Assembly (NCBI GenBank): GCA_965248435.1
Contig: OZ252100.1
Coordinates: 96,001-160,000 of the forward strand
Direction: 5' to 3'
Source of the DNA: Candidatus Latescibacterota bacterium
GTDB lineage: Bacteria > Latescibacterota > UBA2968 > GCA-2709665
Length of the DNA stretch: 64,000 nucleotides
In this document: positions 1-9,663 of the stretch, piece by piece
How positions within the stretch are numbered: position 1 is the stretch's first letter
Layout: the number at the start of each line of letters is the position of its first letter
Translations under genes and position numbers: made by a program
Notes under the pieces: model-generated
What the model saw: only the letters and a program-made list of their open reading frames with translations
What the model was told of the DNA's origin: nothing
Databases searched by the model: none

Positions 1-588
1 CAGAAAGAGCAGATCTTGCCACAGGCCAATCGGGACCAGCCGAGCCTCCGGTGCAATAAATTTGAGGGTCAGAGCCGTGAAGAAAAGGGTGCCTGAAAGC
101 ACGGTAAGCACCTTTTTCCGGTCTTTCCAGAAGGAGATTCCGGTCCGTCTTTCCGTCTTTACGTCGTAGCCAGAGCGACGAACGGCGGAGGTGATTCGCA
201 TTTCATCGGTGGCTGAAGGGTCGTAGATGACGGTCGCTCTGTGGTTCATCGAGCTCGTCGAACACTTAACTATGCCATCCAGATTCTGGATCGCCCGCTG
301 CACCTCGTTCGCCTTGTCGGGACTGTCCATGTCTGGAACGGCTAATACGAGAGACTGACCCTCGGGTCCGACGGTGTATCCGATCTCTTCAATCGCCTCC
401 TTGATGTCCTGTTGAGCGGGGGCGTCCGCCCGGTGTATTATGGACACCGATCTCGTCATCAGGTTCGCACGCACCTCGTGGACGCCATCCAACCGTTGGA
501 GATGCCCCTCAACTTTCTCTACACAGTCCGGGCAGTCCATTCCTTGAATCTTGAAACGGGTGGTTGTACCTTGATCGTCCATGGGCAT
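1..588 (-). CDS. Heavy-metal P1B-type ATPase (CadA/ZntA-like), N-terminal part; runs off the window edge
   Basis: Manual translation MPMDDQGTTTRFKIQGMDCPDCVEKVE...: HMA domain with GMDCxxC, a second degenerate HMA (DMDSPDK), then a hydrophobic segment. Lies downstream of the ArsR gene. Confidence 0.85.
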   Translation of the reverse strand, partial: MPMDDQGTTTRFKIQGMDCPDCVEKVEGHLQRLDGVHEVRANLMTRSVSIIHRADAPAQQDIKEAIEEIGYTVGPEGQSLVLAVPDMDSPDKANEVQRAIQNLDGIVKCSTSSMNHRATVIYDPSATDEMRITSAVRRSGYDVKTERRTGISFWKDRKKVLTVLSGTLFFTALTLKFIAPEARLVPIGLWQDLLFL

Positions 589-629
589 CAGGTGTTCGCC
601 GGTGAAGGGGAAGGCGTAATCCTCAGCCT

Positions 630-1001
630 TCATTCCAGTGCGTGTTCAAGGCCTGCTTCAAAAAGCAGCTGTACGTGTCGATCATCCAGGGAGTAGTAGG
701 CCAGTTTTCCCTCTCTGCGATATTTCACCAGGCGCATCTGCCTTAGCGTTCTGAGCTGATGGCTGACCGCAGAATCGGTCGTGCCCAGAAGGGCTGCCAG
801 GTCACAAACGCAGAGTTCGTGTTTGGACAGGGCGTTGATGATCTTCAGTCGACCCGGGTTACTCAGGACCTTGAAGGTCTCGGCGAGATGGTTGAGCGTG
901 TCGTCAGCCGGAAGCGCGCTGGCGGCCATCCGCACCTTTTCCCTGTCGACGACGTGGTCCTCACACAGATCCGGCGTCAAGGATTCCGTGATCTTTTCCA
1001 T
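630..1001 (-). CDS. ArsR/SmtB/CadC metalloregulator
   Basis: ELCVCDLA and SAVSHQLRTLR motifs. Start moved to ATG 1001 (GAGGG RBS; the promoter lies at 1047-1075). Confidence 0.92.
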   Translation of the reverse strand: MEKITESLTPDLCEDHVVDREKVRMAASALPADDTLNHLAETFKVLSNPGRLKIINALSKHELCVCDLAALLGTTDSAVSHQLRTLRQMRLVKYRREGKLAYYSLDDRHVQLLFEAGLEHALE

Positions 1002-1028
1002 AAGGCCCTCTGGGGATACGCTTGATCC

Positions 1029-1075
1029 TATGTTCAATCGTTACATATGATAAGGGATATCGGGTGTGTTGTCAA
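1029..1075 (-). promoter_or_regulatory. sigma70 promoter plus putative ArsR operator
   Basis: Minus strand TTGACA(1075-1070)-N17-TATCAT(1052-1047); inverted repeat TATGT-N9-ACATA at 1029-1047. Confidence 0.65.
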
Positions 1076-1117
1076 GCGGAGGCTTGCCGAGGCCTGATTG
1101 AATTTGTGAAATCAAAC

Positions 1118-1160
1118 TTGACTTTCACCCAACGGCTGACTATTTTTAGTTAAGCCTAAA
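1118..1160 (+). promoter_or_regulatory. sigma70 promoter overlapped by a DtxR/MntR-type box
   Basis: TTGACT(1118)-N17-TATTTT(1141); palindrome TTTAG-TTAAGC-CTAAA at 1145-1160 resembles the TTAGGTTAACCTAA-type box. Confidence 0.75.
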
Positions 1161-1183
1161 TTGATTCTTCATTCATTCAAAAA

Positions 1184-2224
1184 ATGGTGACTGTGAATAT
1201 GGGTGAACACGGGACACTCCTGATTACGGTCTTGCTGATGACGGCCGTTGGCCTGATTTTCTGGCCGCAGCGGGGTTATTTCTGGCGCTTGCAGCGCGTT
1301 GGCCGGACGGTCGAGCGCATCCTGATTGAAGATGCGCTCAAGCATTTTTACAATTTCGAATATCGCAGACAAGTCGTTACGGTGGAGTCTCTCGCGGGGT
1401 CATTGGAGATTTCTCGCAACCGGGCGGTCGAGCTGCTTGTCCGGACCCAGACCCTCGGGTTGGTTCAGTCCGATGAGGGTAGACCGCGCTTGACCCCGGA
1501 AGGCCGCAACTATGCTCTTCGGGTTATTCGAGTGCATCGACTCTGGGAACACCATCTGGCCGAGGAAACCGGAACGGCCGCCTCTGAGTGGCACAGTTCT
1601 GCCGAGTATCGGGAGCACGACATCACGGAGAGCGAAGCAGACCACCTGGCCGAACAGATGGGAGACCCCGCGTTCGATCCTCACGGCGATCCCATTCCAA
1701 CGGCCACGGGTGATATTGCGCCACGCCGCGGGCAACCGCTCAACGCGCTCACTGTCGGTGAGCTGGCGACCATCGTTCATATCGAGGACGAACCCGAGAC
1801 CATCTATGCTCAGCTCGTTGCAGATGGAATCCATTTAGGTATACGGGTGGAGGTCTCGGAAATCTCACCCGAGCGTATCCGACTCTGGGCAGATGGGGAG
1901 GAGTGCGTATTGGCGCCTGTCGTGGCTGCAAACGTCTTTGTTGACCCCCTCCCCAGGGATCAGGAAATGGAGGGTCCGTTTGAAACGCTGACCTCTCTTT
2001 CGGCTGGAGAAAGGGGCAAGGTGCTCCTCATATCCAGAGCGTGCCGGGGCCTCGAGCGTCGGCGTCTGATGGATCTCGGCATTTTGCCTGGCACGGTGAT
2101 TGAATCGGAAATGATGAGTCCCAGTGGAGACCCTACTGCCTATCGCGTGCGTGGCGCCTTGATCGCACTGCGCAAGGAACAGGCCAGTCAGATTCGCATT
2201 GAAAAACTCGTGGAGGTAACCTGA
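1184..2224 (+). CDS. DtxR-family protein with an N-terminal TM helix and two FeoA domains
   Basis: [18 protein letters not shown]; HRLWE and DPHGDPIP; FeoA signatures [12 protein letters not shown] and [19 protein letters not shown]. Start could be ATG 1199. Confidence 0.85.
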   Translation: MVTVNMGEHGTLLITVLLMTAVGLIFWPQRGYFWRLQRVGRTVERILIEDALKHFYNFEYRRQVVTVESLAGSLEISRNRAVELLVRTQTLGLVQSDEGRPRLTPEGRNYALRVIRVHRLWEHHLAEETGTAASEWHSSAEYREHDITESEADHLAEQMGDPAFDPHGDPIPTATGDIAPRRGQPLNALTVGELATIVHIEDEPETIYAQLVADGIHLGIRVEVSEISPERIRLWADGEECVLAPVVAANVFVDPLPRDQEMEGPFETLTSLSAGERGKVLLISRACRGLERRRLMDLGILPGTVIESEMMSPSGDPTAYRVRGALIALRKEQASQIRIEKLVEVT

Positions 2225-3057
2225 TGGCTGAAGATGTATCTCCAAGCGCTTGTGAGGCCTGCCCGTCTCATCATGCGGGCAACCTGATCAAACTTGGCGT
2301 CGACATGGAGAACTGGGATTACGTTGTCGCTCTGGCCGGGAACCCGAACACCGGTAAGAGCACGGTCTTCAACAATCTGACAGGACTCCGACAACACACG
2401 GGAAACTGGCCGGGTAAGACCGTGGCCCGGGCCGAGGGAGGATTCGAGTCCGGGGGAAAACGGTATAAACTGGTCGACCTGCCGGGCACTTATTCTTTGC
2501 TTTCAACGAGCTACGACGAAGAAGTTGCACGCGATTTCATTCTGTTCGGGCGCCCCGACGTCACCGTTGTTGTGGTGGACGCCACGCGCCTGGAACGCAA
2601 CCTCAACCTGGTGCTGCAGGTGTTGGAAATTACGGACCGGGCCGTGGTTTGCCTCAATCTTATAGATGAAGCCAAACGGCACGGCCTCACGCTGGATGAC
2701 CGCCGCCTGGCACGGGATCTGGGGGTGCCGGTTGTTCCCACCGCTGCGCGTCAGGGAGAGGGCATTCCGCTGTTGATCAAAACCCTCAGCGAGGTCGCTG
2801 CCGGGCAGACAGTCTGCAGGCCCCATCGGATTCAGAGCGAAACGCCCGCACTCAAGCGTGCGATCAACACGCTTGTCCAAAAGATTGAATCTCAGTTCTC
2901 CGGACTGCCGAATACGCGGTGGGTGGCCTTGCGGTTGCTGGAGGGAGATCGGCGTATTATCGACGCCGTCCAATCGGGGGAGTTGGGTGATCTCAGTGTG
3001 CCGAGCCTGTCAGATGTCGGCGATGAACTGCAAGAGAGGTTGGAGGTGGTCTCATGA
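2224..3057 (+). CDS. feoB: FeoB GTPase half (split FeoB, N-terminal)
   Basis: [28 protein letters not shown] motifs; no membrane domain. Confidence 0.9.
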   Translation: MAEDVSPSACEACPSHHAGNLIKLGVDMENWDYVVALAGNPNTGKSTVFNNLTGLRQHTGNWPGKTVARAEGGFESGGKRYKLVDLPGTYSLLSTSYDEEVARDFILFGRPDVTVVVVDATRLERNLNLVLQVLEITDRAVVCLNLIDEAKRHGLTLDDRRLARDLGVPVVPTAARQGEGIPLLIKTLSEVAAGQTVCRPHRIQSETPALKRAINTLVQKIESQFSGLPNTRWVALRLLEGDRRIIDAVQSGELGDLSVPSLSDVGDELQERLEVVS

Positions 3058-4481
3058 ACACGAAAAGCACTCCCGAAGACCTGCTTCCCGTTGCGGCCGC
3101 GTTGCGCTGGGAAGTCGGTGGAAACTTTCACGATTCTCTCATGGAAGCCATCTATACAGACGCCGCTCGGATTGCGGACCGGTCCGTGACCCGAAGTGAC
3201 ACGCAGCCGCGCTTCGACCTGGATCGCACGATCGACCGGTTGGTGACCAGCCGCTGGCTGGGGTTTCCCATCATGCTGCTGATGCTTGCAGTGGTATTCT
3301 GGGTGACGATCGAGGGTGCGAATGTGCCTTCTGCCATGCTGGCGACCTTGTTGATCGATACATTCCATCCCGTTTTGAAGCAAGCTTCCGCCGCCATGGG
3401 GGTCCCGTGGTGGCTTGATGGGGTGGTCCTCGACGGAATGTACCTCGCCATGGCGTGGGTGATCGCCGTGATGCTGCCGCCGATGGCAATCTTCTTTCCG
3501 TTGTTTACGCTGCTGGAGGATTTCGGATACCTTCCCAGGGTGGCCTTCAACCTGGACAATCTCTTCAAGAAAGCGGGTGCGCACGGCAAGCAGGCCTTGA
3601 CGATGAGTATGGGATTCGGGTGTAACGCGGCGGCCATTGTCGCCACGCGCGTGATCGACAGCCCAAGGGAGCGCCTGATTGCCATCATCACGAACAATTT
3701 CGCGCTTTGCAACGGACGCTGGCCGACACAGATCCTCATCGCGACGATCTTTATCGGCGGGTTGGCCCCCGCCCATCTTGCCGGATTGGTGTCCGCAGGG
3801 GCGGTGGTGTCCGTAGCGGTCCTGGGCATTGTGCTTTCGTTTGTCGTTTCCTGGGGGCTTTCAAACACGGTCCTGAAAGGGGAGGCCTCGGCATTCAGCC
3901 TGGAGCTTCCTCCCTATCGCCCTCCCCGAATCCTTCAAACGCTTTACACTTCTATGATCGATCGTACCCTTATTGTGCTCTGGCGCGCTGTCTATTTCGC
4001 AATTCCTGCCGGGTTTGTTATCTGGACGGTTTCCAACGTTCATATCGGCGGGAACAGCCTGGCTGTGATCTTCATGGATTGGAGCAACCCGTTCGGTCTT
4101 TTGATCGGGTTGAATGGTGTGATTTTGCTGGCCTATATCGTTGCAATTCCGGCCAATGAAATCGTCATTCCGACGATTCTCATGCTCACGGTCTTGAGTG
4201 CAGGGCTGGGCGGTGTTGGGGGAGGCGCGGGTGTCATGTTCGAGCTTGATTCCGAGACGGCAACCGCGGCCATCTTTCACGCAGGGGGATGGAGCTTGCT
4301 GACCGCCGTCAATCTGATGTTGTTCAGTCTGGTTCACAATCCCTGCTCGACAACCCTTTACACTATCTACAAGGAAACCGGAAGCGCCAAGTGGACGACG
4401 GTGTCTGCGCTTCTCCCGATTGGGATGGGATTCGTCCTCTGCTTCCTGGTTGCGGAGGTCTGGGGACTTTTCTCGGGATAG
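3054..4481 (+). CDS. feoB: FeoB membrane/gate half (split FeoB, C-terminal)
   Basis: [33 protein letters not shown] motifs; ATGA overlap with the upstream half. Confidence 0.9.
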   Translation: MNTKSTPEDLLPVAAALRWEVGGNFHDSLMEAIYTDAARIADRSVTRSDTQPRFDLDRTIDRLVTSRWLGFPIMLLMLAVVFWVTIEGANVPSAMLATLLIDTFHPVLKQASAAMGVPWWLDGVVLDGMYLAMAWVIAVMLPPMAIFFPLFTLLEDFGYLPRVAFNLDNLFKKAGAHGKQALTMSMGFGCNAAAIVATRVIDSPRERLIAIITNNFALCNGRWPTQILIATIFIGGLAPAHLAGLVSAGAVVSVAVLGIVLSFVVSWGLSNTVLKGEASAFSLELPPYRPPRILQTLYTSMIDRTLIVLWRAVYFAIPAGFVIWTVSNVHIGGNSLAVIFMDWSNPFGLLIGLNGVILLAYIVAIPANEIVIPTILMLTVLSAGLGGVGGGAGVMFELDSETATAAIFHAGGWSLLTAVNLMLFSLVHNPCSTTLYTIYKETGSAKWTTVSALLPIGMGFVLCFLVAEVWGLFSG

Positions 4482-4515
4482 ATATCCGGACTCAAAACCC
4501 TTCGGAGTCGAGACC

Positions 4516-5193
4516 ATGCTGAGCCAGGCCGCGCAAGATTACTTGAAGGAAATCTACAAGATCCAGAAGGCGAGCGATCCCAACGTCTCGGTTAATACCT
4601 CTGCGATTGCAGAGAAGATGGATGTTGCGGCGGCCTCCGTGACGAACATGGTCAAGAAGCTGGCAGCGTTGAAGCTGGTTCGCCATACCCCCTACCAGGG
4701 CGTCGAACTAACGTCAGCGGGTGTGCAGATCGCCCTGGAGATTCTCAGACATCACCGCCTGTTAGAGCTCTATCTGGCGAAGACGCTTGGGTATGGATGG
4801 GATCGGGTGGATGCCGAGGCGGATAAACTGGAACACGTGATCTCCGAGGAGTTCGAAGATCGAATCGATGAAGCACTGGGCCATCCGACGACGGATCCCC
4901 ACGGGTCGCCCATACCCACCAAAGAGGGGAGTATCCCAGAAGAGAATGTATTCCCGCTCTCAGGCGTCAAGATGGACCAGCGTGCCGTTATCCGGCAGGT
5001 GAGTGATCAGAGTCCCGAAATGCTACGTTACATGGAATCCCTGGGGCTAACGCCTGAAGTCAGGGTGGAGGTCCTGGAGCAGGCCCCCTTTGGCGGACCG
5101 CTGCTCGTGAGGGTAAACGGCGGCGAGAAGCATTCCCTCGGGCTGGAAGTGGCACGGCACATCTACGTCTCCCTTGAATCCACCGGATCCTAA
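4516..5193 (+). CDS. DtxR/MntR metal-dependent repressor with FeoA-like C-terminus
   Basis: QDYLKEIY, RHHRLLELYL, EADKLEH, DPHGSPIP; start reassigned to ATG 4516. Confidence 0.92.
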   Translation: MLSQAAQDYLKEIYKIQKASDPNVSVNTSAIAEKMDVAAASVTNMVKKLAALKLVRHTPYQGVELTSAGVQIALEILRHHRLLELYLAKTLGYGWDRVDAEADKLEHVISEEFEDRIDEALGHPTTDPHGSPIPTKEGSIPEENVFPLSGVKMDQRAVIRQVSDQSPEMLRYMESLGLTPEVRVEVLEQAPFGGPLLVRVNGGEKHSLGLEVARHIYVSLESTGS

Positions 5194-5199
5194 TACCGT

Positions 5200-6852
5200 T
5201 TGCGCGTCAGAGTGATCAACCTTCTCATTCCTCCGGTTTTTATCGCAATCCTGCTGGTTCCGGTCAATGTGACGGGTCAGCAGGCGCCCCGCCCGGACCG
5301 CGTTCACCTCCCGCTTTCTCCAGTCGAAGAACACGAAATCTATTGCCGAGCGTGTGCCCTGTTCGACCGGGACGCGCTTTTGCCGGGTAGCCCTTATCTC
5401 CTGGACCGAGCGATCTGCGGGACCCCTGCGGTCATGAGTTTGGCTTTGAACTGGCCCAGGCTGAGCAAGGCCACGCGAGAGGCCTTCGCCTACTTGTTCC
5501 AGAGGCCAAGCCGCCAGCGGACGGTTACCAGCCCCGGCGGGAAGTTCAAGATTCATTTCGATGAGAACGGTAGCAACGCGGTCAGTCTGATCGATCAGAA
5601 TTCGAACGGTGTGTCAGACTATGTGGATGAAGTTGCCAGGACCTTCGACGCTGCGTGGGATTTGCAGATCGGCGAATTGGGGTATGATCCGCCCCTTTCG
5701 GATGGGGACGAATTCTTCGATGTTTACATCAAGAATCTGGCTCCCCAGTTCGTATATGGATTTACCTGGCCTGAGTCTTTTGGCGGATCGGTTACGCCCA
5801 GCTATATGGAGATCGACAACGACTATGGTGAAAGTATCTACGCGTCCAGGGGGCTCAATGGGCTGCACGTAACCGCCGCGCACGAATTCTTCCACGCGAT
5901 TCAATTTGCTTATTATGCAGACCTGAGATCTGCGGGGTGGTGGCACGAATCGACAGCGACGTGGATTGAAGAAGTCGCCTATACCGATGTCAACGATTAC
6001 TATCAGTACATTCCGTTTTTCTTCGATTCTCCCACGGCACCTCTCGATCGTAACAATCAGTTCAGCAACTTTCCTGTGTTCGGCACTGCCGTATACCCGC
6101 TTCACCTGGATCGAGTTTACGGGAAGGCCTCCATACGGAGAACCTGGGAGGTTTTGAGATCTCGAGATCGGTCGCCCTATCCTGAAAGCTTGGGAGACCT
6201 TGACGCGGGAATGCCTCTGGGCGGTTTCAAGGATGTGCTTCCCCGGTTTGCTGTGTGGAATTATTTCATCGGGAGCAGGAGTCGTTCCGGGTACTATCCC
6301 GAAGCCAGCTTCTATCCCGCAGTTGCGACAAAGACTGTGCTTCCAGCGTTGGGCCTTCCTGTGTCCGGGACAAGCGAGGTGGATCACCTGGCGATGGATT
6401 ACATTCAGGTGCCCATCACGACGCGTTCTGGAGGCCTGCGAGCCTCCTTCGTCCTTGACGCAGATGCGACCTGGACACTTCTCGTGCTGTTGATCAGCGA
6501 TACCGGCCACGAGATCCTTCGGCCCCGGGTTACCACGAAAATAGAAATACCGCAGATCGACCGGCTCAATGAGATCGTGTTCATCCCGATCGTGACGTCA
6601 CTCCAAGGAAGCAGGTTTGACGCCGACTATACGATCTCTCTGGATCCCGGGATTGCGATTGCTTCGGACTTCGTGGGTGACTTCGACCAGAACGGACAGG
6701 TCTGGTTTCCAGACTTTCTTACGTTTGCCACCTCCTTCGAAAAAGATGCAGAGGACCCGGGCTACGATGAAACGACTGATTTGGACGGAAACGGGAAGAC
6801 AGAATTTCTTGATTTCTTGATCTTCGTCCGGCACTTCGGTGAGCCATCGTGA
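5200..6852 (+). CDS. Secreted zincin metalloprotease (MXAN_6640-like) with C-terminal dockerin/EF-hand-like pair
   Basis: Signal peptide; TAAHEFFHAIQFAY...WWHESTATWIEE; tail GDFDQNGQVWFPDF...DLDGNGKTEFLDF. Confidence 0.75.
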   Translation: MRVRVINLLIPPVFIAILLVPVNVTGQQAPRPDRVHLPLSPVEEHEIYCRACALFDRDALLPGSPYLLDRAICGTPAVMSLALNWPRLSKATREAFAYLFQRPSRQRTVTSPGGKFKIHFDENGSNAVSLIDQNSNGVSDYVDEVARTFDAAWDLQIGELGYDPPLSDGDEFFDVYIKNLAPQFVYGFTWPESFGGSVTPSYMEIDNDYGESIYASRGLNGLHVTAAHEFFHAIQFAYYADLRSAGWWHESTATWIEEVAYTDVNDYYQYIPFFFDSPTAPLDRNNQFSNFPVFGTAVYPLHLDRVYGKASIRRTWEVLRSRDRSPYPESLGDLDAGMPLGGFKDVLPRFAVWNYFIGSRSRSGYYPEASFYPAVATKTVLPALGLPVSGTSEVDHLAMDYIQVPITTRSGGLRASFVLDADATWTLLVLLISDTGHEILRPRVTTKIEIPQIDRLNEIVFIPIVTSLQGSRFDADYTISLDPGIAIASDFVGDFDQNGQVWFPDFLTFATSFEKDAEDPGYDETTDLDGNGKTEFLDFLIFVRHFGEPS

Positions 6853-6902
6853 AGCCCTGATAAAAAGCGCTGACCAACTTAACCACAGGTACGAGGAGCC
6901 TC

Positions 6903-7673
6903 GTGATCGCACTCCGGACGCCGCGGGAGATTGATAAGATCCGACAAAGCTGTCGAGTGGTCGGGCTCGCGCATCGGGCCATTCAGAGACTCATCGAGCC
7001 CGGAATCGCGACGGAGGAATTGGACCGAGTTGCGGAAGAGATTGTCCAGGATCAGGGTGCAAGGCCGGCATTCAAGGGCTACCACGGATACCCTGCCACG
7101 ACTTGCATTTCCATAAATGAACAGGTCGTACACGGGATCCCGGGAGACAGGAAGCTTCAGGAAGGCGACATCGTCAGCGTTGACATCGGCGCGAAGTTTC
7201 ACGGCTACTATGGAGACCAGGCCTTCACATTCGCGGTGGGAGAGATTTCACGAGAACTCAAGAGCCTGATGAAGGTCACTCGAGAGGCCCTGCAGAAGGG
7301 CATCGAGGCGGCTCGAGGGGGCGGTCGGCTGGCCGAGATTTGCGGCGCTGTGCAAAATTGGGTAGAATCTAACGGATTCTCGATCGTCAGGCAGTTTGTC
7401 GGGCACGGAATCGGTCGTGAGCTTCACGAAGACCCGGCCGTTCCAAACTACCTCCCGGTTGAGCGAAACCCGAGGTTGAGGAAGGGGATGGTTCTGGCGA
7501 TCGAGCCGATGGTGAACCTTGGTGGGCCTGATGTTGTGGTAGCGGATGACGGATGGACGGCCTCTGCATCGGACAGACTGCCTTCTGCGCACTTTGAACA
7601 CGTCGTTGCGATCACCGACGACAGCTGTCAGATCTTGACGATGTCTGAAGAAGAGGTGGCGGCGATTCGGTAG
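6903..7673 (+). CDS. map: Methionine aminopeptidase type I
   Basis: CISINEQVVHGIP, GHGIG..LHEDP, AIEPMV, SAHFEH. Confidence 0.96.
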   Translation: MIALRTPREIDKIRQSCRVVGLAHRAIQRLIEPGIATEELDRVAEEIVQDQGARPAFKGYHGYPATTCISINEQVVHGIPGDRKLQEGDIVSVDIGAKFHGYYGDQAFTFAVGEISRELKSLMKVTREALQKGIEAARGGGRLAEICGAVQNWVESNGFSIVRQFVGHGIGRELHEDPAVPNYLPVERNPRLRKGMVLAIEPMVNLGGPDVVVADDGWTASASDRLPSAHFEHVVAITDDSCQILTMSEEEVAAIR

Positions 7674-7793
7674 GGGTGTCCAGCCCCGACGCAGGAAGCA
7701 AAACTCGGTTTTTGAAGCGGCTGAGGCTTGACTTTTAGAGGTTTCAGCCTTCTTTTTGGGGAGTATCGACTGTTTATCCTAAAAGGCGAACAG

Positions 7794-8360
7794 GTGAGTT
7801 ATCCTAAACAGGCTCGACGGTGGCCAGCTTGCTGGGCAAGGCTCTTCATCCCTTTGACGATTGCGCTTTACGGCTGCAGTCAGCATTATGAGGAGGGGGC
7901 ACATCCGCCCCCACATCCTCCGCCATCCGCGCGCCTTCCGGCAGGACACCCGCCACTGAATGCACCAAAAGAAGCTCCCAGAAGCGGGTCACAGTCTGAA
8001 CCGGGTGCGGTTACCGGAACGATTCGGGTTACAGCGGAAGTGCAGGAACGGGTTCGGAAGGACGCCTATCTCTTTATCTTTGCTCGCGAGCGGCCCGAAG
8101 GTGGGCCCCCTCCCTATGCCGTCAAGCGAATACGCGTGCCCAGCTTTCCTTTTCGCTATTCACTCGGACAGTCAGACGTCTTGCCCATGGTGGGAGAAGG
8201 GATCGTTTTTGGCGATATCCCTGAGATGTATCTCATCGCAAAGATAGACAGAGATGGTCGAGCCGGCTCGGAACCAGGTGATATGGAAGGAAGGTGTCGA
8301 GATAATCCGGTCTCTGCAGGGCAAGGGAGTAAGGACATACTGATCGATCGTGTCTTTTGA
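7794..8360 (+). CDS. Lipoprotein resembling the CcmI/CycH C-terminal Ig-like domain
   Basis: Lipobox LYGC, LPAGHPP, LFIFAR...PYAVKR...FPF, AKIDRDG...PGDMEG. GTG start inferred. Confidence 0.55.
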   Translation: MSYPKQARRWPACWARLFIPLTIALYGCSQHYEEGAHPPPHPPPSARLPAGHPPLNAPKEAPRSGSQSEPGAVTGTIRVTAEVQERVRKDAYLFIFARERPEGGPPPYAVKRIRVPSFPFRYSLGQSDVLPMVGEGIVFGDIPEMYLIAKIDRDGRAGSEPGDMEGRCRDNPVSAGQGSKDILIDRVF

Positions 8361-8469
8361 CGGGGACTTGCGTGGCACAGGAAATTTGGAACCTTATGGC
8401 GTTGGATGACGTCGATGTAGAGGAGTTGGGGCCGATGCGGGCAGTTCGAAACGTCCTGGAGGTAACCGG

Positions 8470-9645
8470 GTGAGGATTGCAAGCGCTACAGTTGCCGGAC
8501 TTCTTGTCTTTATCGTTGCAGGAGTCGGATGCGGGGATAGGCGGTCGAATCCCGTGGGCGCGGATCTCTTGAATCGTGAACCGGGCGGTCTTGCTGTGGA
8601 TACCGTTTCCCTATCCGGCATAAACAGGTTCGAGGGGCTGACGAATTTCGTCTTCGGACACACGATAGACCTCAGGGTAGGAAGGATGAACGGCATCCTG
8701 TTCAGGGCGCTGCTTCGCTTCGAGATCTCCCCCGATGAATTGTTGCAGAAGGCTGGAGCGGATTCTCTTGGGGCTTTGACGGTCGACGCCCTGGAGGTCA
8801 CGCTCAACAGGCATACGGCTTCATTCCAAAAAGGTCTTGCTGCGATTCAGGTCAGCCGCCCGGACGTGTTGTGGGATGAATTCACCCAGTTCGTGGACTC
8901 GGCCCAGGCCGTTGAAGTCAGCCTGCCCTCAACTCTGATTCCAGGAGCCATCGTGACGTTGGAAGGGAACACTGTCAACATCGAGCTGCCAGATTCCGTG
9001 TTCTATAATGCAGTCGTTGAAGACGGCGGTACGATCCCGATCGAGCTTCTTCTGGGACCCGCTGAGGCCGGTGACTTCCTGGCAGTGCTGGCATCCCGCG
9101 ACAGCGCCGGAGCGGCCCCGGAGTTGAAGATGGCGTATTCGGCGGAGGGCACCGGCCAGTTCGAGCATACGGTCGTTCCGACGCGGGACACCTACTGGGC
9201 CGCTCGGGACGATGTCGGTGGGCCGGGTGAGGATCTGCTGCTTGTCCAGTCGGGGATTCGATACAGTCTATTCCTGGGGTTCGACACAACAGGTGTGGAC
9301 ATACCGGTCGGATCGACGATCAACTCCGTAGAACTCCATCTTGACACCGACGATCGTTCCTTCGTTGAAATCGTCTCCTTTCCGCTGGAGGTGGTGCGAA
9401 TCGATGCCGAGAGCGGGGACAGGCTGGTCAGCGACAACCGCTTCACTAACATCCTCGAAATTGGTCGGGGAATGTCCGACACCATCCTGGCGCTGGATCC
9501 TGTCCTGCTCCAGGGTTGGCCCTCTGAAGCATTTCTGAACAACGGGATCTCACTGAGGGCAGTCAACAACCTGCACGTGGCCTGGCTCGTAGCAGGCACG
9601 CCCTGGTTGAAGGTATCCTACACCGAACCTCCGGAGATCGACTGA
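8470..9645 (+). CDS. Hypothetical lipoprotein
   Basis: Signal peptide with lipobox GVGC; beta-rich; adjacent to an outer-membrane barrel gene. Confidence 0.7.
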   Translation: MRIASATVAGLLVFIVAGVGCGDRRSNPVGADLLNREPGGLAVDTVSLSGINRFEGLTNFVFGHTIDLRVGRMNGILFRALLRFEISPDELLQKAGADSLGALTVDALEVTLNRHTASFQKGLAAIQVSRPDVLWDEFTQFVDSAQAVEVSLPSTLIPGAIVTLEGNTVNIELPDSVFYNAVVEDGGTIPIELLLGPAEAGDFLAVLASRDSAGAAPELKMAYSAEGTGQFEHTVVPTRDTYWAARDDVGGPGEDLLLVQSGIRYSLFLGFDTTGVDIPVGSTINSVELHLDTDDRSFVEIVSFPLEVVRIDAESGDRLVSDNRFTNILEIGRGMSDTILALDPVLLQGWPSEAFLNNGISLRAVNNLHVAWLVAGTPWLKVSYTEPPEID

Positions 9646-9663
9646 GGAGGCTGAAACAAGACC

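Noticed and set aside
2224-4481. feoB as a frameshifted pseudogene
   Set aside because: The second half has its own GGAGGTGG RBS and ATGA coupling, and both halves keep their motifs; this is a genuine split.
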